Assembly (NCBI RefSeq): GCF_023055435.1
Contig: NW_025964223.1
Span: forward strand, 38,440,001 to 38,504,000
DNA: 64,000 nt
Reading direction: 5' to 3'
DNA from: Haliotis rufescens
Taxonomy: Eukaryota
Translations under genes and position numbers: made by a program
Shown: positions 1-14,619 of the stretch, one piece after another
Position numbering within the stretch: the first letter of the stretch is position 1
Layout of the letters: every line of letters begins with the position of its first letter
Notes under the pieces: generated by a model
What the model saw: the letters and a program-made list of their open reading frames with translations, nothing else
Told to the model about the DNA's origin: nothing
The model's database searches: none

Positions 1-2481
1 TTTCATCTCACATCCTTTCTAAAATACGGTAACGTCTGTTCATATTTACAATATTACAGTTGCAATGGCATGAGAGGAAGTTGGGCCCTATTTTTGGTAT
101 GCGAACGGCTCAAATCTTTTATAACTTTATGATTCATACCGGTCACGACTCTAAACCAGGTTCCCAGCGGATAGTTGCTTTGAAAAAAGGCTTAAGCTTT
201 CCCAGTGCATAAATATTACAAACAAGTGTAAATTGAATTTTGCTCTAAGGCGACCTGTGTAAGCAGCCATGTTGGCTCGGAACGCAAGAAAACAAACATA
301 GTTCTTTGCAGACAATCCCAGAATTCCGCTCCAAATATGGCGTGGGATAAACAAGTTTACGTGTGATCTTGTGATGTATTGAGGACGTTTTTCGCTACAA
401 CGTGTGGCCAGAGAATAGCGGTCAAGGGATATCACAAGCGTGGTCAGTTAATGTCCGGAGGATATACGCCAGATCACATGTTGCTTGGCGTGGACGCGCG
501 TTCATACCGACTAAGCCATCAGCGTGATCTGTATCACATAGTGGTCTCTGTGCGAGACTGAAGATTGAGTGCTATTTGTCGTCGGTTTTAAAATGTTTGC
601 TGGACACGTTTATACACGTCATAGCATTCAGAGATGCCACACAATGAGTGGGTTAATGTTACGCCAAGTCAGCAATAGTGCAACTATAAAACGGCGCCTG
701 TGTGTAATCAAGTCTGGCCCAGAAGTATTACGAAACCCACACGACTGGCCCGTATTGTAATACACAACATCAACTCGGGATTCAAGGCTGCATTAATCAC
801 CTGGAGTGAATTTTTTTCATTAATCTAGTTGTGGCGGTGAGACCTTTTACCGCCACCTAGCGAGAGAGACATACACTAATCAAATCGCAGTCGTGAGATC
901 GCTTACGAGACAATTAGGCTGACAGACAATTTGTTTTTGAAATTTGAAACCTTGATTGACAAGTGTGCAAGTGATATATTTAATGTTTGACATTTGGACG
1001 TTTCCCTTTGGCATTTGTTGACCATCTGTAACTTGGAAAGATGGGAAAGTTAAGCTGTCTAGACGGAACATGATGAGAGATGAAGAAGGTCAGATAAGTA
1101 ACTACCCCTATTCGCTGTTTCATCAAGACTACTTTTTGTTATTAAGGGGAGAATTAATGTGACTTGAAAAGGTACGAAATGTTTGCAATATTGATCATTA
1201 GCTAATGTTATCAGCAGATAAATATAAAGCATAATTCCGCATAAGTATCGACAGATGAATATTGGTTTAAGTGTTCGAGCAGTTGTAAAAATATGTTTTA
1301 CGGAAAATAGACAAGGAGTTAAAAACATGGGCACTGTTCTTTCCGCTTTTCGGCCGACATTCGGTGAAGAAGAAGTGTTTTCCTAAAGTGGCTGACGGGG
1401 ATGAGTGACTTAACACCCCAGTTAGCCATATTACGGCCTGTTCAGGTTAGAGTCTACGAAGGCCAGACACATCAGATGTTGGCCGCGTAAACAAACGTCC
1501 ACGACGGGCGTACACTCAGCCAGATAAAGCGTTGTAATCACAGGTTATCCAACTGACCCGTTGTTACGAGAACTATAGCATATTGAAGAAATAGTCAAAC
1601 TCTGAATAGGTCACTGGTGTGTGCACCCGTCAGAAACACGACTTTGGTTCGATTCCCTATTTTATTTAAATCATGTTTTACATGGAACATATTCTTTTAT
1701 TAAAAAAACAACAATTAAAGATCCAAATCATTAGTTTTGTCTTTGTACTAAATTTCACCTTCATCATACCATCAATCACGTGACCTCACCTGGCTATCGG
1801 AAGTGTCCAGAATCTCCAGCTTGACCGGTTCATCCCCAATGTTAACCACGGTAGTGTACTCGAAGTCTGTCGTTAACAAATACAACAGTTAATATTTCTT
1901 AATTCAGAGAAATATGAACAATTTCCATACGTTATCTTCGATGTGGCTTCATTTGAAACCTCATCACGATATGGCTGCAATATTGCCGATGCGCTGTAAA
2001 ATTATAACTCACTCACTTCATTTGAAACAGGGTCGTATATAGACACGGCCATAACAACCATCCAAGTATACTGTTGACCTTGGCCGTCTTCATTAACCGA
2101 GACCGGGTACCAGCACCGACAAAGTCTTCATTATACATACAAAGAATACTTAGCAAGGCGCCGCATGAACAAAGCGATCGTGGTCTAACATGTGCGGGTA
2201 ATTAGCACTAGTATAGCGGATAGTGAGTCTCACCTTGAAGTTGGGTGTGAACCGGAGCAAATTTGGTCTGACCTTGGGTTTACATCTTGGGTTATGTAGC
2301 ACACACGATGTTACTGTTGAGACTGTCTATTGTGACTCCTATACGTTCAAATAATCTAATAGTGTCGGATTTTAATCCGAAAACAAGATTGTGGACAGTA
2401 TATGAAATTAGGTGAGGTGAAATTGTGTTTAACGTCGCGTCCAAGATTATTGCACTTATATAGCGACGTGCATGCACGCGT

Positions 2482-2753
2482 ATGTGTGTGTGTGTGTGAA
2501 TGCTTGTACTAGTCCGGAAGGATGCCGATTTATAGTGCTAGCTCACTGAGATACCATGCCGCAGTTTAACATGAATACCCCACTCAGACACAGTATACTG
2601 ACTCCTAGCCGACCAGTCCTTGTTTTAGCCCCTTAATGCCGAGCGCCAGACAGGGTAACAACAAATACAATCTTTGAACGTCTTTTTGTATGACGCGGCC
2701 GGGACCTTCCGCTCTCAGGGCGGACGCTCTACCAAAAGACCACGGAGGCGGTC
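2482..2753 (-). mobile_element. tRNA-derived SINE (family C) with (CA)n tail
   Basis: Degenerate tRNA-like head at the right end and (GT)n at the left; body (gatgccgatttatagtgctagctcactgagataccatgccgcag...) recurs with the same (GT)n at 44906-45090. Confidence 0.6.
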
Positions 2754-2904
2754 GTTTATGAAATTAACTTGAAAGAATGAATATTGTGTTTACGCTGCAA
2801 TTAGCAATAATTCAGCTATAAAACGGAGTGCAATCGATTCTGGGCCATAAATCTGAATGATTTTGCCTTTCTGACTCGATGAATAAGAAATGTATGCCAC
2901 AGGC

Positions 2905-2976
2905 AGACATATATCTGGAATATTGCTGACTGTGGCGTTAAACAAACAAACAAACAAACAAACAAACAAACAAACA
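2905..2976 (+). mobile_element. 3' end of SINE family A with (AAAC)n tail
   Basis: ctggaatattgctgactgtggcgttaaacaaacaaac matches the 3' end of the fuller copies at 20695 and 24635. Confidence 0.6.
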
Positions 2977-3739
2977 ATCGAATCATAACTAATTCAACCT
3001 GAGGGTGATAAGAGTCATTCCTTAAAATGAAGAACACTTTAACATGCTTGTTTCTAATACATGAACTCAAGCTTAGACTCCAGTCAAGACCCATTATAAT
3101 CAACTGGTCAAATGAACGGCTGGTCGGCCCATCAACTGTAAATAATGATATCTGAACTCATATTACCTGAACCGGAACTGTATTCTCCAATATAGCGCTT
3201 AGTCAGGTAGCGAACAGTGATAGCTGAAATACAATAAGGTCTTATTGATATTATAATAATAACACCATATTCGTACTGTAGGTAGAATGAGCAAACAAAA
3301 TTAAAATATCTTAAAGTGAAACGATTTCCTAACTTTTAGTTCCTTTTCTCTCTTACATGGTATTCCCCTTATAGAATGAAGTCAAATATGATAAAATAAT
3401 GATCAAGGGAGCTCAAATAACTGGATGTATGGATGTATGAATGCAGAATTGCCTATAAACGTGTTGTGCGTGAGTATATCTTCTCTACTTTGAACTTTGT
3501 GCTATTCAAAGTAACACGGATCGAAGACGTTCTACACTAGCGTGAAAACCTACGGATATTGTCCAAAGACATTACATAAAACCTTGGATTCGAACCCGCA
3601 ACCATATGAGGCCAACTGTGTACTCCGCGTAAGAATCCTTTACTAATTAAATACGATTATAAATGTAAATGTAAATTTACATAATAAAGAATGTATTTGT
3701 GTTGTATATTTATATAGCCAATGCTGCATAATATAACTA

Positions 3740-5234
3740 TACTCAACAACAAAAGTTCCTGTGACACCAATATTTTAGTGTATTTTTCAAAAAAGTAAAG
3801 TTTGGTTTTCAGTATTGTAGTACATGTATGGAATCAAGTCACTAAAAAACCCAACTGCTACAGAAAAGCATGCATTCCATGCAAAAGTTGACTTTTATGC
3901 AAGTCCCATGCATTTCACTACCCAAGAATGGGTATAAAAACATGTGCGTTAACGGGATTCCATATGCATTGTTTAGTATCGTGCTGACAACAACCATTCA
4001 GAAAAACAACAAAATTACGCAATTATTCAACCTTACGAAATGCCACGCCTGTCCGAAAATGAGCGTCTGCGAGCCATTGGTATGCTTAAAGCAGGATCGA
4101 GTCAGCGTGATGTTGCAAGACAATTTAACGTCCACAGAAATACCATTTGGTGTTGGCAACAGACGAATGCAGTCAGAGACCATCCTCTGAGTCGCAGGCC
4201 ACGCGTAACCAATAATCGACAAGACAACTGGATTCGAACAACACACCTACACCTCCAGTTAGCAACAGTGACTGCAAGAAGCATCCCTGGCCTTCGATGA
4301 ATATCTTCACAAACCGTACGTCGCCGCCTCAGATGTGCAGGGATTGTCGCCAGAAGACCCGCCAGACGTCCCATTTTGAAAGGAAACCACCGTCAAGCAC
4401 GTCTACAGTGGTGCAGACAGCGTCTGCGCTGGGCAGCCATGCAGTGGGGACAAGTTCTATTCACTGACGAGTCTCGTTTTCACCTCAGCCACAGCGATGT
4501 ACGGATTCGAGTGTAGCGACGTCGAGGTGAACGTTACGTCAATCGTTGTGTCATGGAAGAAGAACGGTTCGGGGGCGGCAGCGTTATGGTATGGGGTGGG
4601 ATTACAGCAAGACAGAGGACCCGTTTGATAGTGGTAGAGGGAAATCTCAATGGACAGCGCTACCGCGACGAGATCATCGGCCCTGTCGTTCTACCGTTTT
4701 TGCGTCGTCATGGCCCAGGCATTACCTTTCAACATGACAACGCCCTGCCTCATATTGCTCGACTTGTTCAGGATTCTCTTCAACAAAAAACAACGTGAAT
4801 GTCATCCACTGGCCGGCTCGCTCCCCTGATCTCTCACCAATCGAGCACATGTGGGATGAGATGGATCGGCGCCTTCGACGTCAACCACGTGTTCCACAGA
4901 AACTCCAGGAACTTCGAAACATGCTCCAGCAGATATGGACAGATATCCCACAGGACTTTGTGCGACGCCTGGTCCATTCCATGAGACGAAGATGTGTTGC
5001 TTGCATGGCAACCAGAGGTGAACACACACGCTATTGATTTGTAAATTGACATTTTGGCATGTTCATGATTTTATGAAATCACGCATTTTCTGAAGTCAGT
5101 ATGGCAAATTAAACCATTTGAACACTAACAGGAGTCTTTTATCTGTTGCAAACCGAAATTGTTACAGATTTGGTAAAAAACATAACTTTGCATGAAATCT
5201 TATTCAATGTCACAGGAACTTTTGTTGTTCAGTA
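3740..5234 (+). mobile_element. Tc1/mariner DNA transposon, near full length, inactive
   Basis: 27-bp TIRs (3740-3766 tactcaacaacaaaagttcctgtgaca and 5208-5234, one mismatch); TA duplication at 3738-39 and 5235-36; internal transposase. Confidence 0.95.
4040..5037 (+). pseudogene. Tc1-family DDE transposase pseudogene
   Basis: HTH N-terminus MPRLSENERLRAIGML...; motifs FTDESRF, GGGSVMVWGGI, FQHDNA, WPARSPDLSPIEHMW, GEHTRY; stops at ~4298 and ~4514; frameshift in the A-run near 4790. Confidence 0.93.
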
Positions 5235-6024
5235 TATTTAGAAACTAGCCAATTAACTAAAAGTTCTGGTCGTGTAGAATCATCCCAAAGTAAACATTAT
5301 AAGACACTTCATATTATATGTCAAGAATAAGTGTTGATCCCGTGAACGTTCAAAACACCACGCCCAGCCGGATATACCGTAGATAATTTGTGAATGCAGG
5401 GTCCCGTTTCACAAAGCGATTGTGGCGTTCCGACTGCCATACTTTAATATGAGCGGCCATCGTAGCGTTAAGATGTCTTTGTGGGGCGGTACCAAAAGGC
5501 ATATATACAAATATCCGAGTGGATGTCAGCAGCCCTGACCACCAATTCCAGATAAGTTTCGGTTTTACTTTAATGTCAAGTTTTGTATCAACACGTGCTA
5601 TCCACGTAAAGTGATAGATTGGGCTTTAGGTTGAACACCTGGTGAATCAAAAAGGGCTGTCTGCGTCAAACAAGCGCCACAGCTAGCTAAACACAGATGT
5701 GGTGATCGGTGTGACTCGGTGTAGCTACATCCCCACATTGCTTTGAGAGAGAGTCCAACAACACGAAATACGTTTTTCACAATCTTTAATAAAAAATCTA
5801 GAATAAAAATATGTAGGGATATGAAAATCACATGCAGTGAACCTTATCGCGTAGACCCGATCTGACTGATGGTGTAGGTTGGCGCCTTATAATCTGCCTG
5901 GTGATTTCACTGTCGGTTGTTCAAGTAAGATTACGTTACCAACGATACAGAATTTCTGCGGCAGACCTTATGTTAATGAAGTGGACATGTGTAGATCATT
6001 CGGTATCTGTTGTAATACATATAC

Positions 6025-6182
6025 GGTCGGAAGGGTAGCCTAGTGGTTAAGGCGTTCGCCTGTCACACCAAATGCCCAGGTTCGATTCCTCACATGGGTA
6101 CAATGTGTGGGGCCTATTTCTGGATCCCTGGCTGTTATATTGCTGGAATATTTCTAAAGAGGCGTAAAACCATGTCAGTCCA
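6025..6182 (+). mobile_element. tRNA-derived SINE (family B)
   Basis: A-box tagcctagtggt and B-box ggttcgattcc followed by a non-tRNA body shared with 30266, 37570, 38930 and 50510. Confidence 0.8.
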
Positions 6183-8107
6183 AGCAAGTTTCTTTCAAAT
6201 CTTCAATACCTATTTCGTTGTCTGGTAGCTCAAAGTTTAGGATGTACATGCCGATACTACCACAATAGATGTCGCTGTATACATGTCCTAATAAGCATCA
6301 ATCCTGACGTCCCACATATGCGACATTAAGCATATTACATTTCAAGAACAAATTATTTATATTTAACGGCAAGGTGTTTAACATGTTAAACTGAAGCTAT
6401 TATAAAACTATTGTGCATATATTCGCTGTCAGTGATCAATTGGCGTAATATTTTCAAATGCAATCAATTAATTTTCGGATTCATTAGATAAATTTACACA
6501 GCTACGTGCAGCGTAGATAATAACAAAGTATCACAAACTTACCCGATTTGCCAACCTTCTTCTCACCTAGGACTACGATACGTAAACTCCCTACAGTGGT
6601 TTTCATCGTGAACCTCCAGCACTGTGCGTATCCTACGAAATGTGTCCGCTTCCTAACAAGACTCAAGCGAAACTACCGCAGCTTTCTACGCCCAGCACGG
6701 TTAAGTCTTGGTTGTTTACAAACCTGTAATCACGTGACACAAACAAACACACCCTGACCTTCCTAGACGAACTCGAAGTTCGGCAAACTAAAAGGAATCC
6801 AAATACCACTGTCCTTTTACACTACTGCAAGACAGATCGCGGGATTAACCGGGACATTTTAAGATTCATATCTTTTCACATTAAGGAATAATTTGCGGCG
6901 ATGGTATTAAAAGATTTCAATGAAAGTGTTTTGAATCGATACAGATGCAAGATAAAGGTGGTCGCTGGCCAACACAGACTATTGGTCGTATGCATACAAT
7001 ATCAAGGTCCCAGACATGTTTAGAAAGGAATCTCATATTCAGTGTATAACAAACACCGACGGTTTGTCGCATAAACATGGCGAAAAGGGTAGGAAAAAAC
7101 AATAGACCTTGCAAGGTTTCCAGAAACCGTCTATCTTGACACAGTTTTTTTGTCACCGTTTGTCCTAATTTGGGACTTAATGAGAAGATCAAGCAGTCGC
7201 AAACTGATCCAAATAATGTTGTTGCCTCACCTTGAACTTGAGTGTCGTCACGCTCACAATCTCGTTGTAATCCCGTGGACTTGTTAGGACGTATAGCGTC
7301 CAACATACCTACGCCGCATGTAATGATCAGAGGTTGGAGAGGAAGGTTTCACATTGATGTAATTTATTGCAAGCTTGGAAAAAGAAATGTACCAATGATT
7401 GTGACTGCAATTTGACTCATGTGAAACGCCATTGTCAGCTGGATCGCTATGTGGATGTGGATGTACATAGGAATATAAGGCGTGTTTCTTTTCCACGCTT
7501 GTTTGTTTTCGTCTTGTAATAACATACAATGTAGAGTAATTGCTAACATTGGTGTGTGAAGTTAAAGGCTTGCAGGAAGCCTAGTTCTAATATTTGAACC
7601 CGATGACTATTGAATCTCAGATGATTATCAATGAGATAGCAAGTAAACAGGTATTGGAATTACATATGCTGAAAAAGTCAACGGGGTCATCAACATTTTC
7701 GCCGTTGTCATTCAAGATTTGAGAAAATACCCTTTTCCGATCATTCTTTTGCACAAGATCAAGATAAGTGAGATAACGTTGGTAGCTTTTCAAACTGAAA
7801 AATATTTAACACAGTTACTTAACTTTAAGTTTTGTCTTTTGCAATAATACCTCGTCCATTAGTATTAACTTCATGGAACCTATCAGATACAGACCAATCA
7901 ACTGCAAGGTGACGACTTTGACTTCATAAAAGAAATGAATGTAACTTCTGAATCCAGTTTGTATCTGTTTCAATCAAAACAATTTTAATGATGCTTTGAT
8001 TGGTTTAATATATTCTAACTATGTATAACCGAATCTGGATTAGACAATCCAGTGATTGATATTATGTACATCATTCCATTTAAGTTACACCTCTTACGAC
8101 AAGCGAA

Positions 8108-9808
8108 GGTATTGGGACCAAGACTACCCTTTAGTACACTGCCTGTCGGTATTGGGACCAAGCCTACACTGTAACACACTGCCTGTAGGTATTGGGACCT
8201 GGTCTACCCTGTAACACACTGCCTGTCGGTATTGGGACCAAGCCTACACTGTAACACACTGCCTGTAGGTATTGGGACCACGTCTACCCTGTAACACACT
8301 GCCTGTAGGTATTGGGACCACGTCTACCCTGTAACACACTGCCTGTACGTATTGGAACCACGTCTACCCTCTAACAAACTGCATGTAGGTATTGGGACCC
8401 CGTCTTCTCCGCAACACCCTGGCTGTAAGTATTGGGACCTGGTCTACCCTGTAACACACTGCCTGTAGGTATTGGGACCACGTCTACCCTGTAACACACT
8501 GCCTGTACGTATTGGAACCACGTCTACCCTCTAACACACTGCATGTAGGTATTGGGACCCCGTCTTCTCCGCAACACCCTGGCTTTAAGTATTGGGACCA
8601 CGTCTACCCTGTAACACACTGCCTGTAGGTATTGGGACCACGTCTACACTGTAACACTGTGCCTGTAGGTATTGGGACCACGAGTTCTCAGCAACACTCT
8701 GCCTGTAGGTATTGGGACCACGTCTACCCTGTAACACACTGCCTGTAAGTATTGGGACCACGTCTACCCTGTAACACACTGCCTGTAGGTATTGGGACCA
8801 CGTCTACCCTGTAACACACTGCCTGTACGTATTGGGACCACGTCTTCTCCGCAACACCCTGACTGTAAGTATTGGGACCACGTCTACCCTGTAACACACT
8901 GCATGTAGGGATTGGGACCTGGTCTACCCTGTAACTCACTGCATGTAGGTATTGGGACCACGAGTTCTCAGCAACACTCTGCCTGTAGGTATTGGGACCA
9001 CGTCTACCCTGTAACACACTGCCTGTAAGTATTGGGACCACGTCTACCCTGTAACACACTGCCTGTACGTATTGGGACCACGTCTACCCTGTAACACACT
9101 GCCTGTACGTATTGGGTTCACGTCTACCCCGCAACACACTGCCTGTAGTTATTGGGACCACGTACTACCTACAACAGTCTGCCTGTAGGTATCTGGACCA
9201 CGAGTTCTCAGCAACACACTGCATGTGGGTATTGGGACCACGTCGTCCCCGCAACACACTGCCTGCGGGTATTGGGACCACGTCTACCCTGCAACACACT
9301 GCCTGTAGGTATTGGGACCACGTCTACCCTGCACCATTCTATCTGTAGGTATTGGGACCACGTCTACCCTGCACCATTCTATCTGTAGGTATTGGGACCA
9401 CGAGCTCTCAGCAACACACTGCCTGTAGGTATTGGGACCACGTCTACCCTGCAACACACTGCCTGTAGGTATTGGGACCACGTCTACCCTGCACCATTCT
9501 ATCTGTAGGTATTGGGACCACGTCTACCCTGCACCATTCTATCTGTAGGTATTGGGACCACGAGCTCTCAGCAACACACTGCCTGTAGGTATTGGGACCA
9601 CGTCTACCCTGTAACACACTGCCTGTACGTATTGGGACCACGTCTACCCTGCAACACACTATCTGTACGTATTGGGACCACGTCTACCCTGTAACACATT
9701 GCCTGTAGGCATTGGGACCTGGTCTACCCTGCAACACACTGCCTGTACGTATTGGGACCACGTCTACCCTCTAACACACTGCCTGTAGGTATTGGGACCA
9801 CGTCTTCC
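8108..9808. repeat. 40-bp minisatellite (ggtattgggaccacgtctaccctgtaacacactgcctgta)
   Basis: About 42 head-to-tail units visible directly. Confidence 0.97.
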
Positions 9809-10787
9809 CCAGATCTACCCATGCATTCATATCTATATGCATTCGTTCAAATGACCCCTGTTTTCGTATTTCGAATGAGCCAAATAAAAGCCATTCCTTG
9901 TTATATTTTATTTAGGATATACTATGTGTTTTCGGATCTGCGGGTGCAGTTGTTTGTAATGGATGCGCAGAAAATTTATTAAAAACCAACGGCGCAGGAA
10001 AAAGTTGAACTCTGGAATGCTAAATCCATTGACACGCCCTAAAGATTTCCGAGATCCCATTACACTTAACAAAGTGTAAAACCAATCAGATTACAGCACA
10101 ATTATGTTACGTCTGTGTGTGCAGATGTATACAAGATGAAAGAATGGACTCGGGTATCTCTCAGATACTTGACATCTTTTTCACATATTTCCAACTATAT
10201 TCCTGTGGTCATAAAGTAGATTTAACTTTATGTCAATACATACATCCTTCACAAATAACCACACGCTGTAAAGGAAAAACTTAACTTGACCTTGACTGCA
10301 GTCAGAAGGCATGACACAGAACTCACCACAAAACCAGCTCGTAAAATCACCAACAATTTGAGTCACTTCTTTGAAATGGCAGAGCCTTGAATCCAACCAT
10401 ACGTACATGGATAGCTATAGCTTTACTGAGATGTGAAGTTAACCTTGAAGGCTCTGAAGTCGATATCTTAAGCCAGGCGGGAGCCTGCCCCTGCGGCAAG
10501 GTTAGGGAGGCTAGAAGATCGCCTTGTTCACTCAGTTTACCGGGAGCATTGCATAATACTCGGCTGTTTGACTTGCGTATACTCGCTGAGTGCGGGACGA
10601 CCCAGTTGACTGAATCAGTCGCTGAAGAAATGTCGTTCCTTACGTCATGAAGTAGGAAAAAGGAAAAGAATACGTTGCCAGCGTAGAGTAAATAGTTGAA
10701 GCCTTCCATGTCGACGTGAAATACCTGCGACGGGGAGGCGTTGTAAGAAGAAGGTAGCCGGTGCCTGATGGAAGGGCGGGAGACAGA

Positions 10788-11113
10788 GTGGTTCGACATT
10801 GGTGTGGCAGTGTATAACGTGGTTCGACACTGGTGTGGCAGTGTATAACGTGGTTCGACACTGGTATAGTTGTTTTGAATGTGGTTTGACACTGTGCAGT
10901 ACTTTGAGTGTGGTCCGACACTGGAATAGAAGTTGTGAGTGTGGTTCGACACTGGAATAGTAGTTTTGAGAGTGGTCCGACACTGATGCAGTAGTTTTGA
11001 GTGCGGTACAACACTGGTCAAGAACGTTTGAATTCCGTTCGACACTCGACACTGGCATTGTAGTTTAAGTGTGGTTCGGCGATGGTGCAGTAGTTTTGAG
11101 TGGGGTTCGACAT
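10788..11113. repeat. 31-bp minisatellite (gtggttcgacactggtgtggcagtgtataac), degenerate
   Basis: About 10 units; period 31 at 10788/10819/10850. Confidence 0.9.
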
Positions 11114-11967
11114 GGCAAACACTGTTCACTGTCTATAATTGGAGGAGCAGTGAAACGGCAATGCACATTATCAAGTTAATTATCAGAATTCATATTCAAA
11201 TTCAAACATTTGATAAATCTGATAAATCATGCTTGTTTTAAAAGCAGACTTAAATGAGAATCGGCTGTGTTATTTGACTGATGGTCATGTTTGCTGTAGT
11301 CGACCCATGGCGTTGTACGCTAGCATGGTTTCAATCTGGTTTTCTTTTCTTTACAGTTCATCGTGGTATAGCAGAATTGTGTTGACTACGATGTCAAGAT
11401 TCACCCACGCACTCACACAACCAAGCAAAACGCGCGCATGCCCGATCGGTCACTCGCAGAGGAATATAATGGTGACTACTTGTGTCATTAAGAGACAATA
11501 AGAGAGTGATGGTGATCACCATATGCTCGCCATACCTCACACAGTGGCTGTTTAGTGGGTGGACAGACTCTGGTAATTAAATCCCTCATATGATGGAAAT
11601 ATATTAGATCCTTCTCGCCATGTACATAAACGGTTTCTTGATAAACGGGTCGGGTCGTTATACAGTCAAGCATTGCAAATTATACGTAGCGCGGACATAG
11701 AACTAACAACACATACATGCAATAGAAGATGGCAAGAGTGAGAAATACGTGTCGCTCTTTCTGTGCAAACCTTGGAAACACTTCTGAAAACATCCGATTG
11801 ATAACCATTATAATTTTCTGTGAGGTGCACTATAGTTGAGAGGAATGTCGAGACATGCAAGACTCGTTGCCATCCAGTAGTCGTGAAGGTATATCAAGAT
11901 GACTGTTACACACATGTAAATAGATTTTACAGAGCTTATCCATTAACTCTGAATGCAGTGTATATCA

Positions 11968-12495
11968 CATCACCATTCGGAACCCCTAGTACCATTCCTA
12001 CACCCCAAACTCCCATCTCTACATCACCAATTAGGAACTCCAAGTGCCATTCCTACACCCCAAACTCCCATCTCTACATCACCAATTAGGAACTCCAAGT
12101 GCCATTCCTACACGCCCATCTCCAATCTCCACATCAACAATTAGGAAACATCAAGTGCCGTTCCTACAGTCTCGTCTCCCATCTCACCACCACCAGTTAG
12201 GAAACATCCAGTACCATTCCTTCACCCCCATAGCCCAATTCCACATCAACAATTAGGAAACACCCATTACCGTTCCTACAGTCTCATATCCCATGTCACT
12301 ATCACCAATTAGGAAACACCCATGACCGTTCCTACACGCCCATCTCCTATCTCATATTAGGAAACATCCAGTACCATTCCTAAACCCCCATCTCCCATCT
12401 CGACATAAACAATTAGGAAAGACCCAATACCATTCCTTCACCCCCATAGCCAAGGTCTTCATCAACAATTAGGAAACACCATTCCTACACCTCTA
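11968..12495. repeat. ~55-bp minisatellite (caattaggaactccaagtgccattcctacacccc...)
   Basis: caattagg recurs at 12028, 12083 and onward; about 9 diverged units. Confidence 0.9.
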
Positions 12496-13204
12496 ATTCC
12501 CTTCCCTACGCAAATAATTAAGACGAGACGTAAATAACACCCTCAAATACAGACCCGTTCACGCATCTCTATTTCTTCGTCTTATAGAACAGTACACAAA
12601 TGAATGATTTCAACAAAAACACGAAAGAGACAAAACACGTGACTTATTTTCGGACAGTCTCTTTCTGCAAATTTTAACAGCGCCTAATTACATCACAGAA
12701 AAGCCAAACATGCCAGTTATCTGCCCAGTGTGGTCTTCGTATTTGGAGTTGAGTGTTGTTATTTGTCACGAGCACAGAGTAACTGCCTAGAGCAACATGA
12801 GGTTGGGTTATCCGAGTGTGATATGTTCGCACTTAATACATTGAAGGTGACGACTGACACAGACTTTACATTGTTGTCTGGCAACGTCTCAACTCTGCTC
12901 GACTGGAGCAGCGACATCTGAAAGTATGAGTGTGAAGCTTGCGAAACATCTTCAAAGCATCTGCCAAAATGAAATCATTCGAGAAGTATTTTTCACAAAG
13001 AATCACCCCGCGCGACCTGCGAGCCAAACATGGTTTAACGTATATGTTGGAAATGATATATTCAATTAAACTAGACATGTACAAGGTTTATATATGTAGT
13101 GTATATTGGTAGAGAGAAAGCTAGACTGACACTGACTGTCACTCCTGAAGTACCTAAAATATCTTCTTGAACAGCCTTGTTTTTCATCCATACTTGATTG
13201 TTCT

Positions 13205-13450
13205 GTTTGTTTGTTGTTTAACGCCGCACTCCATATGGCGGCGGTCTGTAAATAATCGAGTCTGGACCAGACAATCCTGTTATTGATATCGTGAGCATTG
13301 ATCCACGCAAGTGGGATACGATGACATGCATCAACCAAATCAGCGAGCCTGACCACCCGACCCCTTTAGTCGCCTCTTGCGAAAAGCATAGTCACCTCTT
13401 ATGACAAGCATGGGTCGCTGAAGACCTCTTCTATCCCGGATCTTCACGGC
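13205..13450 (-). mobile_element. SINE family A, near full length
   Basis: (GTTT)n tail, body tctggaccagacaatcc...gagcctgaccacccga, end cccggatcttcacgg; several copies in the window. Confidence 0.85.
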
Positions 13451-14619
13451 TGCAGTGTAACATTAATGTACACACATATCTCCCATCCGGAGATGAGGTT
13501 CACATAATCAAACCCGTACTTTTCGTTTTATATGAATCAAGATCTAAAGTACTTTTTATCAAGGAAACAAATGCAACTTTGCAATTGCATTCATACCTAA
13601 CTAAGCAAGACGTTCTTCACCAACAAACTGACGCATCTCGGCAAGAAAACCATTCCCCTAAGCTTATTGCGGTGTTAGCATGATGCGTAATGTGGATGTG
13701 GTGACTCAACCGCTGTCTTGTCAGGGGGTAAGGATTCGCCCCTGACAAGGGCTGACCCACAGCGATCACTGTTTGACCGCAACATTCACTCAAGTCTCTG
13801 CAACAAATATTATCCTAATTGAATTGGCTGGTTGAATCATGTCGAGTGTGTGAAGACAGTCGGCGGATTATTTGCCAGCTGTTTGTAAAGCGTGCTATTC
13901 TTCTACTATTTAGACTTACACCTGTTTAAGCAAGTTTGATGCATGTTTAAACTAGTCTTCAAACGTCAGATCGTGAGACCGTAATCGAATACATTCAAGA
14001 AATAGTGGGAAAAATGTCTGCAGGGAGAAACCTGTGACATTGGATCATTAAACACAACGATCAAATCATGTGCTATTCTGAGCTAGTTGTTGTATGTATG
14101 TATTGTGGGAACGCACATCTTACACATACATGTAGACATAGATGTTAAGGGACATATAGAGAAGGAGATAGGATCAGAGCCCATGTTTGACCCACTGCAG
14201 GGAAAAACAGACACGTTGCAATGGCTGACAGCTAGCCTTGTTTCCTTCTTACAGTTGCAAGTGTTGGGCTTCTGACATCGACAAATACATAAATATAACT
14301 GAAATGAGTGAAAATGGAGATTTTATTAGCAAGTCCGTGACCAAAAATGTCCACGATTGTAATTGTTTTTATCTACTGTATCGTCTCCTATATGGAACAA
14401 GTTTGGGTGAATGACTTCATCATGCACAAGTATTAGAAAAAGCTTCATGAAAACTTCTAAAACCAACCCTTTTGTACACATTTCATACTTACTTATGCAT
14501 TTACTGTTGTCGGAAGTCCCAAACATGCTCAACATAACATGCATGTTTAATTGTCATCTATTTGAACTTAACTGATTTGGGTATAAAGTTTTGTTTAGTT
14601 CATTAACTATGCACATCGC

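Noticed and set aside
825-860. Hairpin gtggcggt...accgccac flanked by CTAG (Helitron-like 3' end)
   Set aside because: Spacing to CTAG is atypical and no matching 5' end or second copy was found
6025-6100. tRNA-like sequences (also ~29240-29312, 30360-30429 and 39030-39085)
   Set aside because: A/B boxes are attached to repeated SINE bodies and tails, with no complete cloverleaf; these are SINE heads
8108-9808. Regular repeats resembling a CRISPR array (also 10788-11113, 17818-19156 and 61448-61747)
   Set aside because: Units are head-to-tail and the intervening sequences are themselves homologous; there are no unique spacers or cas genes, and the context is eukaryotic
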